Below, one piece after another: positions 56,365-64,000 of a stretch of DNA of 64,000 nucleotides. Position 1 is the first letter of the stretch. The number at the start of each line of letters is the position of its first letter. The position numbers and the translations under genes were made by a program. The stretch is from positions 12,816 through 76,815 of the forward strand of contig JANOTL010000031.1 in the NCBI GenBank assembly GCA_031416315.1. The letters are read 5' to 3'. The notes under the pieces were generated by a model, which had not been told where the DNA came from, did no database searches, and worked only from the letters and a program-made list of their open reading frames with translations. The stretch comes from Pseudomonadota bacterium (GTDB taxonomy: Bacteria; Bdellovibrionota_B; Oligoflexia; Oligoflexales; CAIYRB01).

Positions 56365-57093
56365 CTAGCCCCTAACCAGTGAGCAAATGACGGTGATGTT
56401 GTCTTTGCCGCCGCCGGCGTTGGCCGCGTCGATCAGTTTTTGCGGGAGATTGGCGAAGTCGTCTAGGCCCTCGTTGACGATCTTGGCGATCGCACGGTCC
56501 TCGATCATGCCGGAGAGGCCGTCGGAGCAAGTGATGAAGACCTGGCCGGGCTTCGTCTCGACCTCGTAGATGTCGACGTCGCACCGGTCGCCCAGCCCCA
56601 AAGCCCGGACCAAGGCGCCCTCTTTCGCGCCGGGCTGCACCGCGGTCTTGGGCAGCCAACCTTTGGCGAGGAAGTTGCCGACGCTGTGGTCGAAGGTGAG
56701 CTGGAAGATGTGCTTCTTGTAGACCATGTATGTGCGGCTGTCGCCAACGTGCGCGATGTGGAGCTTGCCGCCAGTGAACATCAGACAGTTCAGCGTCGTG
56801 CCCATGCCGGTGATCTCCGGCTCCTTCCTGCCACGGTCCAGGATCTCCGCGTTCACCTTGTCGACCGAGGTGATGAGGAAGGGCGGAATCTCCTCATAAC
56901 GAATGGACTCGGTCGCAAGGAAGGTCTTGCGCAGGCCGTTGACCGCCATGGACGAGGCGATCTCGCCGCCATTACGGCCGCCGATGCCGTCGGCGACGAT
57001 GCCGAAGCCCTGGGCCTCGTCGAAATAGAGGCTGTCCTGATTGTTTTTGCGACGCCGACCCACGTCGGTACCGCCGACCATCCGCACCTGCAC
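56365..57093 (-). CDS. PP2C (Stp1/PrpC) Ser/Thr phosphatase
   Basis: DVGRRRKNNQD, VADGIGG, GMGTT, HVGDSR, CSDGL, GGKDNIT. Confidence 0.95.
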   Translation of the reverse strand: MQVRMVGGTDVGRRRKNNQDSLYFDEAQGFGIVADGIGGRNGGEIASSMAVNGLRKTFLATESIRYEEIPPFLITSVDKVNAEILDRGRKEPEITGMGTTLNCLMFTGGKLHIAHVGDSRTYMVYKKHIFQLTFDHSVGNFLAKGWLPKTAVQPGAKEGALVRALGLGDRCDVDIYEVETKPGQVFITCSDGLSGMIEDRAIAKIVNEGLDDFANLPQKLIDAANAGGGKDNITVICSLVRG

Positions 57094-57131
57094 GGGCCCC
57101 TCCCGGGTCCTTCACCTTTGGATCTCCCCCG

Positions 57132-57158
57132 TTATCGGTCGCTATGATTCGGGCTTTA
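57132..57158 (-). promoter_or_regulatory. sigma28 promoter for PP2C operon
   Basis: Minus strand TAAA-N15-ACCGATAA, near consensus. Confidence 0.7.
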
Positions 57159-57266
57159 TCCTGGTCAGCCGCGGCGGCCCTCTGGGCCTTGGGGCTTCGC
57201 CGACAAAACCCCTGACAACGGCGGGTGATCCGCGTATTTTTCGCGTTCGGCACAAGGGGAGGTCGC

Positions 57267-58433
57267 ATGCGCGTCAGGCTCGACAAGTGGGACCGGTTCG
57301 GCACCTCGATCTTCACGATCATGACCCAGAAAGCCCTCGCGGCCGGGGCGGTGAACCTTGCGCAAGGCTTTCCGGACTTCGACGGCCCCGAGGTCGTCAA
57401 GGACGCCGCGATCCACGCGATGAAGAACGGCATGAATCAGTACGCTCCGGCCCCTGGATTGCCGGCTTTGCGTGAGCTCCTGGCCAAGCGCCAAAAGGAG
57501 CGCACGGGACTCAGCTTCCGCGCCGAAGACGAGGTCACCGTCTTCAGCGGCGCCACCGAGGCGATTTACTGCGCGTTCCAGGCGTTCTTCGACCCCAATG
57601 ACGAGATCCTGGCATTCGAGCCCTACTACGACTCCTACCCCGCCGCGGCCTTTGCCGCCGGCGCCAAGATCGTCGGCGTGCCTTTGGCGCCGCCCGCTTT
57701 CGCGTTCGATCCCGCGCGCCTCGCTGCGGCCGTGACGCCGCGCACCAAGGCCCTGATCCTCAATACGCCGCACAATCCGACCGGACGGGTGTTCACGCGT
57801 GCGGAGCTTGAGATCGTGCGCGAGCTCGCCTTGAAGCACGATCTGCTCGTGATCACGGACGAGGTCTACGAGGAGCTCGTGTTCACGCCGGCCGAGCACG
57901 TCTCGCTCGCGACGCTACCCGGCATGGCCGAGCGCACGGTCACCATCTCCTCGACCTCGAAGACGTTCAGCTTCACGGGCTGGAAGGTCGGCTACGCCTT
58001 CGCGCCCGCAGCCCTCACCAAGCCGCTGCGCGCCATTCACCAGTTCACCGTCTTCTGCTCGGCAACGCCGCTCCAGGCCGGGATGATCGAGGCGCTGAAG
58101 CTCCCCCCCTCGTATTACGTGGAGCTGCGCTCCGATTACCGCGCCAAACGCGACAGCCTGATCACGATCCTCAGCGAAGCCGGCTTCCGATGCCGCGCGC
58201 CGGAGGGCACTTACTTCGTGCTCGCCGACTTCTCTGAGCACGCCAAAGCTCAGGAGACCGACGTCGAGTTCGCGAGCCGCCTCACGGCCGACGTGAAGGT
58301 CGCGGCGATCCCGATCTCTGTCTTTTACGACGATCCGGACCGCATCCGGCGTGAGCAGCAGTATGTACGCTTCGCCTTTTGCAAGGGGCAGGCGACCCTC
58401 GACGCAGCGGCAAAGAACTTCAAGTCACTGTAA
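57267..58433 (+). CDS. Class I/II PLP aminotransferase (YbdL-like)
   Basis: NLAQGFPDF, NTPHNPTG, DEVY, SKTFSFTGWKVG, RFAFCK. Confidence 0.92.
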   Translation: MRVRLDKWDRFGTSIFTIMTQKALAAGAVNLAQGFPDFDGPEVVKDAAIHAMKNGMNQYAPAPGLPALRELLAKRQKERTGLSFRAEDEVTVFSGATEAIYCAFQAFFDPNDEILAFEPYYDSYPAAAFAAGAKIVGVPLAPPAFAFDPARLAAAVTPRTKALILNTPHNPTGRVFTRAELEIVRELALKHDLLVITDEVYEELVFTPAEHVSLATLPGMAERTVTISSTSKTFSFTGWKVGYAFAPAALTKPLRAIHQFTVFCSATPLQAGMIEALKLPPSYYVELRSDYRAKRDSLITILSEAGFRCRAPEGTYFVLADFSEHAKAQETDVEFASRLTADVKVAAIPISVFYDDPDRIRREQQYVRFAFCKGQATLDAAAKNFKSL

Positions 58434-59366
58434 CTATTCGAAATACTTCTTGCCGGTGAGCGCCGCCTCGGGGGCGTCCTCAAGAAGGTCCTCGACGTCG
58501 GGCACGTGCACCCAGCCCTCGCCAACGACGTAGTCGGCGGGCGGCGCCTCGGTCTGACCTTCGGCATAAAAGGCGCCGACCAGCGCACCCATGAAAGCGT
58601 GGAAGGTCTCAACCGAGCCCACGAGCTGCTCGATCGTCTCTGGCTCCGCCTCGTCCTCGATCCATCCAGCGTCGATCATCGCCTCGAGAATCGCGGCGCG
58701 TTGGTCGAGCCCGTCCTCGAAGCGCCGGTAGGTTTGGCGGACGTCGTCGGGCAAGTCTAGGAGCTCGCGGACCGCCTCGAGCGCATGGCCGACCGAGGTC
58801 TCGCGCAGCGTGACGCGTGGGGAAAGCGAGTTGAGGCGACGCTGCAGGGTGCGCGCGCGCGCGACGAGTGGCGCCATGTTCGCCGAGAACGAGGGCTCGA
58901 GGCGCTCAGCGCCGGCTGCCTGATCTTGCGCCAGGCGCAGGACGTCCCAAAGGCGCTGGCTCTGCGGATTCACGGGCCGGGCCTTGCGAGCCCCGCGGCG
59001 CCTGAGCTTGCTGGTGATCGCCAGCATATAGGCGACCGAGACGTCTTCGCACTGCACGGCGCCGGGGCAATGCGGGCGCTGGCAGGCGACACAGGGCGGG
59101 AGGGTCAGCGGGCAGTCGACGAAGACCTCGGCGAATGGCCCACCGTGGGTCAAGATCTCGACGAGACGCTCGTCCGAAAACAAGCTGCCAAAAGAGCCGA
59201 TCTTTTCATATACTTTGACAATCTTGAGCGGAGTTTCGAAGAGCTCGCCGGAGAGCACGGCGAGGGCGGTCTTGTGGGCGTTCGCACCCGAAAGGTGGAC
59301 GCCCGCGAACTGCGGAAGAGCTCGGTCTGTCTTGTGGGGCGTAAGTGGGGTCGGCGAACGGCTCAT
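58434..59366 (-). CDS. DUF429-like (RNase H fold) protein with Cys cluster
   Basis: FAGVHLSG..KTALAVL, VDCPLTLPPCVACQRPHCPGAVQC, LRET. Confidence 0.6.
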   Translation of the reverse strand: MSRSPTPLTPHKTDRALPQFAGVHLSGANAHKTALAVLSGELFETPLKIVKVYEKIGSFGSLFSDERLVEILTHGGPFAEVFVDCPLTLPPCVACQRPHCPGAVQCEDVSVAYMLAITSKLRRRGARKARPVNPQSQRLWDVLRLAQDQAAGAERLEPSFSANMAPLVARARTLQRRLNSLSPRVTLRETSVGHALEAVRELLDLPDDVRQTYRRFEDGLDQRAAILEAMIDAGWIEDEAEPETIEQLVGSVETFHAFMGALVGAFYAEGQTEAPPADYVVGEGWVHVPDVEDLLEDAPEAALTGKKYFE

Positions 59367-61150
59367 TGCGAATTCGGTCCGTGGTGCGAGGGGTCATGGC
59401 GATTATAGCCATGGCGCTCGCGCTCGGCCAACCGCTCCCGGCAATTGCGGCGCCGGCGGGGAACCTTGCGGCCGTCGCCCGGGCCAAGTTCTTGCAGAAA
59501 CGATACGACGAGGCGGTCGATCTTTACCGAAAACACTTGCGTCGGGCGCCGCGCGACTTCAACGCGTGGAACCAGCTTGGAGCCTCGTACTACCACACCG
59601 GCCAGCCGAAGAAGGCGCTCCGCTACCTGAAGCACGTGGAGCGCAAGACGGTCGAGAAGTCCTACAACTATTACTACCAAGGCCTTTGCTACGCCGCGGC
59701 CGATCAGCCCGACAAGGCGAAGGAATACCTCGGGTTCGCGGCGCAGCGCTATCAGGACGAGTACGGCTCACGCGCAACCTTCGAGGTCGCCGTCGTCGAG
59801 TACAAGGCACGCAACAAGAACCGTGCGACGTATTGGCTTAACCTCTACACGCAGCGTTATGCCTCGGGGGTTTACCGCGGCCAAGCAGCGCGCATGCTCT
59901 CGAGCTTGCGTGAGGGGCGTTGGCTCGACGACGTGCAGGGCGTCGAGAAGCCCGACATGGAGAAGGCGCTCCTACGTTACAACGGACTCTCGCTCTCGCC
60001 CTATCCGCACTACTGGTACCTGCAACTGGGCGGAATGGTCGAGGACACGAGCGGTCAACAGCCGGCAGCCGCCGACGGCGGCCTCTCGCCGCGCAACACG
60101 CAGAACATCTCGGCTCTCGTGAACGCCGGCGTCGGGGCCGGTCCGTGGCGCGAGGGATCGATGTCCGCGTACGGCGGGTACACCTACCGCCAACGCTGGA
60201 TCACCGATCAGGACCGGATCGGCGAGTGGACTGAAGATCCCGGTGATTTCGGGTATTTCCCCTTGCGAGGCGACCTGCTCGAGCGGCGTCACCAGTTCTA
60301 CGGCGACTTTCGGCGCGACATCGGCAAGATCGTCTATGCCGGGTTCTTCCTGCGCTGGGAGTTCGCGCGCATCGGCTCCACCTTCTTCCCGAGCCCCGAC
60401 GACAGCGAGCTGCGCAAGGTCCTGAAGATCTCCGACTCGATGCTCTTCATTCCGTGGATCGGCGCGAGCTTCATCGACAACATGCGCACGCTCGTCTACT
60501 GGTACATGCGCAAGGAGATCAACGAGGACTCGCCCGACCATTCGAACAAGAGCTACGATTTCGGCATCATCAGCGGCGGACGCCCGGTCATCAGCCTCGG
60601 CGTCTCGCACGACATGGACTTCCCCGACATCCCACTTTCGGTCGGCATCGAGGCCTTTCGCTACTCGTTCATCTACAACGACTTCTGGCTGGACTACGAC
60701 CGAACCGGATTCATCGTCACGGCCGAGCACGAGCTGGTCTCCCGGTGGTTCATCAACGCGGGCGCAGGCTTCTACTCCGACGACTACGTCCTGCCACGGA
60801 TCAAGACGAAGCAGTGCGGCGACCAAGTGACGACCCTGCCCCAGCAGACCGGCGAGACCCCGCCCCCCCAGGCCGACAATCCGGTGGCCGCGTCACCCGT
60901 GAAAACCGACTGCTTTCGGTCGGACACGGGCCTTCTCTACGAGGTCGGGGTATACTGGAACTACACGCAATTCCAAAGGTTCTCGTTCGGCATGCAGGTC
61001 GTCCAGAACTCGAACGCCGAGCAGAAAGAATACGAGGAGTCGCGCCAGGTGATCCAGGGCTCCTTCACCATGGCCTTCCCGAGCGTCAAGCGCGTCGTGC
61101 GTTTCGTCGACCGGTACGCGGACTCGGCCTTCACCAAAGACGCAGAGTAG
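59345..61150 (+). CDS. TPR + putative outer-membrane beta-barrel protein
   Basis: Signal peptide (start maybe 59397); TPRs; aromatic beta strands. Confidence 0.75.
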   Translation: MGSANGSLRIRSVVRGVMAIIAMALALGQPLPAIAAPAGNLAAVARAKFLQKRYDEAVDLYRKHLRRAPRDFNAWNQLGASYYHTGQPKKALRYLKHVERKTVEKSYNYYYQGLCYAAADQPDKAKEYLGFAAQRYQDEYGSRATFEVAVVEYKARNKNRATYWLNLYTQRYASGVYRGQAARMLSSLREGRWLDDVQGVEKPDMEKALLRYNGLSLSPYPHYWYLQLGGMVEDTSGQQPAAADGGLSPRNTQNISALVNAGVGAGPWREGSMSAYGGYTYRQRWITDQDRIGEWTEDPGDFGYFPLRGDLLERRHQFYGDFRRDIGKIVYAGFFLRWEFARIGSTFFPSPDDSELRKVLKISDSMLFIPWIGASFIDNMRTLVYWYMRKEINEDSPDHSNKSYDFGIISGGRPVISLGVSHDMDFPDIPLSVGIEAFRYSFIYNDFWLDYDRTGFIVTAEHELVSRWFINAGAGFYSDDYVLPRIKTKQCGDQVTTLPQQTGETPPPQADNPVAASPVKTDCFRSDTGLLYEVGVYWNYTQFQRFSFGMQVVQNSNAEQKEYEESRQVIQGSFTMAFPSVKRVVRFVDRYADSAFTKDAE

Positions 61151-61154
61151 CCTT

Positions 61155-61757
61155 ATGGCGATCGACGCGAAGACGCACGAGCTCCTGCGCGAGTGTCGTG
61201 AAGCAAAACAGCCGGTGCTCTTCTCCGGAGACGGCTTGGCCGTCACCTTCCAAACGCACCTCCTCATCGTCGAGCCGCACCGGGTCGTCCTCGCGAACCG
61301 CGTGCCGCCGCGGTTCATCCGCGCCGTCTCCGGCTCGAAGCAGTTCTGGCTGCAGGCGCGCATGATCCGCTTCCAATCGGACGGCATCGCCACCGACGGC
61401 GAGCATTTCATCTTCCCGCTCGGCGAGAACGCGCTGATCGAGGAGACGCGGCAAGCCGAGCGCTTCCAGTTCAGCGAGGGCGAGAAGGTCTTAGCGGAGA
61501 TATTGAATCCGTTCGACGGCGAGACGCGCGTCGTGAAGACGGTCATGGACATGTCGGCGACGGGGATGTCCTTGTCGACGAGCTTCGAGTCGATGCTCTT
61601 CAAGCCCAACGTGCTCCTGCCCTCCATCAAGGTGATGATCGACGGCGAGCCCTATACGCAGGCCCGCGGGCGCGTCGTCTACAACCGTAAGCTTCTCGAC
61701 CTGAGCGGACAGCTGCGGACGCAGGTCGGCATCAAATTTGAAGGAGCGCCGGGTTGA
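61155..61757 (+). CDS. PilZ domain protein
   Basis: RQAER (RxxxR) and DMSATG (DxSxxG), GIKF. Confidence 0.8.
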   Translation: MAIDAKTHELLRECREAKQPVLFSGDGLAVTFQTHLLIVEPHRVVLANRVPPRFIRAVSGSKQFWLQARMIRFQSDGIATDGEHFIFPLGENALIEETRQAERFQFSEGEKVLAEILNPFDGETRVVKTVMDMSATGMSLSTSFESMLFKPNVLLPSIKVMIDGEPYTQARGRVVYNRKLLDLSGQLRTQVGIKFEGAPG

Positions 61758-63259
61758 GCGCACCGCTACCGCCTTCGGCGACGCACGTCCCCGGCACCAA
61801 GCTGAAAAAGTGGCAGCGCATCTACGTCAACCGCTCGCTCAACATGGCGCGCGTGCGCTCCATCGGCTTCGACATGGACCACACGCTCGCGCAGTACAAG
61901 CGCGACGCGTTCGAGGCGCTCGCCTTCCATGAGACCCTGAAGAAATTTCTTGCGGCGGGTTACCCCGAAGCGCTCTCGGACCTGAAATTCGACCCGAAAT
62001 TTCTCATCCGCGGCCTGCTCGTCGACATGGACCGCGGCAACGTGCTGAAGGTCGACGGCCACAAGTACGTGAAGACGGCGTACCACGGACGCCGCCGTTT
62101 GCCGAAAGACATGCGCCACAAGCTCTACAACAACGAGAGCTACAAGGCCGCCGAACTCCTTTCCGTCGACACGTTCTTCGCGTTGAGCGAGGTGCAGCTC
62201 TTCTCCGAGATCGTCGACTACATGGACCGGAATCCCGGGAAAATCCAGAAAAACTACCGCGAGGTCTACCGCGACCTGCGCCGCTTCATCGACCTCGCGC
62301 ACGCCGACGGCTCGATCAAAACGGTGGTGCTCGCCGATCCGGGGCGCTTCCTCCACAAGAACAAGTACCTCGCCGCGACCTTGAAACAGCAGCTGGAGGC
62401 TGGAAAAAGCCTCTATTTGCTGACGAACTCCGGCTGGGAGTACACCGACGCGGTGATGAAGTTCGTCCTCGACGAGCCGCTCGACGAGCTGGCGCCCGCC
62501 GGCTCCTCTTGGCGCGACTACTTCGAGTACGTGATGGTCGGCGGCGGCAAGCCCGGATTTTTCGTGGGAACGCAGCCGTTTTACGAGGTGATGACCGACT
62601 CCGCGACCTCCGGGCTCCTGAAGACACATTCGGGAAAGCTTCTCCCCGGCCACGTCTATCACGGCGGCAACGCCGACCTCTTCCAGCGCCTCACCGGCTA
62701 CCGCGGCGACGAGATCCTCTTTGTCGGCGACCACATCTACGGCGACATCATCCGCTCGAAAGAGGAGTTCAACTGGCGGACGATGCTCATCGTCGAAGAG
62801 ATTTCCGACGAGCTGATTAAGCTCGATTCGCTGAAGGACGAGCTCGAGGCAATCAAGCTCAAGCTCGCCGAGCGCGAGCTGCTCGACGAAGAGCTGATGC
62901 TGCTGCGCTCGCGCTCCGCGATGCACGCGAAACAAGCCGAGCGCGCGACGCGCAAGGGCGAGACGAAGAAGGCGCATTACCTCGTAAAAGAGAACGAGAA
63001 GCTTCTGCCGAAGATCGACGCGCTCGAGACAAGTGTCCGGGCGCTCGACGGCGCGATCAAGGAAATGATCGAAGCGCGACACGCCGCCGTGCACCCGGTT
63101 TGGGGCGAGCTGATGAAGGTCGGGCTCGAGAGGAGCCGCTTCGCCGATCAGGTCGAGGAGTACGCGTGCATCTATACTTCGCACCTGACCAACCTCCGCT
63201 TCTATAGCCCGTTCAAGAGGTTCACCTCGACGCACGACCTTTTGCCGCACGATTTGTGA
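61754..63259 (+). CDS. HAD-IG family 5'-nucleotidase (cN-II-like)
   Basis: IYVNRSL, GFDMDHTL, LLTNS, KPGFF, VGDHIYGDI, WRTM. Confidence 0.92.
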   Translation: MSAPLPPSATHVPGTKLKKWQRIYVNRSLNMARVRSIGFDMDHTLAQYKRDAFEALAFHETLKKFLAAGYPEALSDLKFDPKFLIRGLLVDMDRGNVLKVDGHKYVKTAYHGRRRLPKDMRHKLYNNESYKAAELLSVDTFFALSEVQLFSEIVDYMDRNPGKIQKNYREVYRDLRRFIDLAHADGSIKTVVLADPGRFLHKNKYLAATLKQQLEAGKSLYLLTNSGWEYTDAVMKFVLDEPLDELAPAGSSWRDYFEYVMVGGGKPGFFVGTQPFYEVMTDSATSGLLKTHSGKLLPGHVYHGGNADLFQRLTGYRGDEILFVGDHIYGDIIRSKEEFNWRTMLIVEEISDELIKLDSLKDELEAIKLKLAERELLDEELMLLRSRSAMHAKQAERATRKGETKKAHYLVKENEKLLPKIDALETSVRALDGAIKEMIEARHAAVHPVWGELMKVGLERSRFADQVEEYACIYTSHLTNLRFYSPFKRFTSTHDLLPHDL

Positions 63260-63266
63260 GCTTGAA

Positions 63267-63284
63267 TCTGCCGGCGCCGGCAGA
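63267..63284. other. Perfect 18-bp palindrome after nucleotidase stop
   Basis: TCTGCCGGCGCCGGCAGA; hairpin or terminator candidate. Confidence 0.45.
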
Positions 63285-63299
63285 CGGTCCAATTTGTTT

Positions 63300-63312
63300 C
63301 AAGTCCTTGATT
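63300..63312. promoter_or_regulatory. IHF consensus site
   Basis: CAAGTCCTTGATT matches YAANNNNTTGATW, flanked by an AT-rich tract. Confidence 0.5.
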
Positions 63313-63401
63313 TTATTATCGTATCAATCCTGCCACGCTGTGTCGGCTATGACACTCCGGGCGCGCAGGTGCCTGTTTAAGCCCAGAATTCCCTAGAACC
63401 C

Positions 63402-63429
63402 TCAAGGAAAACGCTCAGCTAGCCGATAA
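63402..63429 (+). promoter_or_regulatory. Putative sigma28 promoter for second Ser/Thr kinase
   Basis: TCAAG-N15-GCCGATAA. Confidence 0.6.
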
Positions 63430-63448
63430 AGCTCACGTCAAGAAGTGC

Positions 63449-63883
63449 GTGAGCAACGGGTCGAAACCCATCGGGCGAGTGATGCGCAACCAGGTCCTCG
63501 GGAACAGGTACAGGATCCAAGATCGGATCGGCGAAGGCGGCATGGCCTTCGTCTACGTCGCCGTCGATGAAAAGCTCGGCCGTCGGGTCGCGATCAAAGT
63601 GCTCCACGAGCACATGGAGCGCAACCAGGACATCCGCAAGCGCTTCCAGATGGAGGCCCAGGCGATCTCGGCGCTCGACCATCCGAACGTCGTCAAAATT
63701 TACGACTTCTCCGGCGACGAGACCGCGGGCGGCCGCCTGTGGATCGTGACCGAGGTCATCAAGGGTCAGAACCTCGCGCAGTACGTCCAGCAGTTCGCGG
63801 GCGGCTGGCTCCATCCAGTGATCGCCGCGTGCATCGTGCGCGAGCTACTCAAGGCGCTGACGGCCGCCCACGCGCACGGCATC
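63449..63883 (+). CDS. Ser/Thr protein kinase, 5' part, broken by fold-back
   Basis: IGEGGMAFVY, VAIKVL, HPNVVKIYD; reads ...AHAHGI then switches to inverted sequence just before the expected HRD. Confidence 0.85.
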
Positions 63884-64000
63884 GCCTTGAGTAGCTCGCG
63901 CACGATGCACGCGGCGATCACTGGATGGAGCCAGCCGCCCGCGAACTGCTGGACGTACTGCGCGAGGTTCTGACCCTTGATGACCTCGGTCACGATCCAC
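63739..64000. repeat. Perfect inverted repeat (118-bp arms, 26-nt loop), running off the window edge
   Basis: 63739-63856 is the exact reverse complement of 63883-64000. Confidence 0.95.

Noticed and set aside
63766..63993. Minus-strand 75-aa kinase fragment as a second gene
   Set aside because: Merely the mirrored arm of the fold-back repeat
1..64000. Genome-wide codon reassignment implied by the odd tRNA
   Set aside because: TGG occupies conserved Trp sites (ppk2 DFLWR, NWKF) and AGG a conserved Arg (hemC SLRR); TGA terminates genes normally
63739..64000. Hairpin telomere, retron or transposon end
   Set aside because: The arms consist entirely of kinase coding sequence; no protelomerase, reverse transcriptase or transposase is present

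Overview
GC-rich bacterial chromosomal segment with no integrase, transposase, phage or CRISPR signal. Gene content (AgmX/PglI-type, GYF_2, PEGA Ser/Thr kinases, TPR-beta-barrels, DUF429-like, class II DAHP synthase, many lipoproteins) suggests Bdellovibrionota/Oligoflexia or a related former deltaproteobacterium (inference). About 60 CDS are present. Housekeeping genes include an rhlE-like helicase, ppk2, dus, pepA, nth, maf, kamA-like, tyrA, DAHP synthase, ccsA-hemACD, tesA-ybbAP, rlmN, tmk-holB-ricT and xseAB, interleaved with envelope and signalling genes. Most notable observations: (1) a tRNA (1841-1915) with a Trp anticodon (CCA) on an Arg-like body; (2) a recurring sigma28/FliA-type promoter motif before seven non-flagellin genes, including two Ser/Thr kinases, a PP2C phosphatase, a GYF_2-PrsW pair and an orphan FliM-like gene; (3) a sensorless pseudo-histidine kinase between two paralogous NarL regulators; (4) a membrane-anchored EHD-like NTPase; (5) a kinase followed by a kinase-less copy of its own ectodomain; (6) a perfect 118-bp fold-back inverted repeat at the window end that breaks a kinase gene and is probably an amplification or assembly chimera. 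All family calls come from motif recognition by eye; no searches were run.
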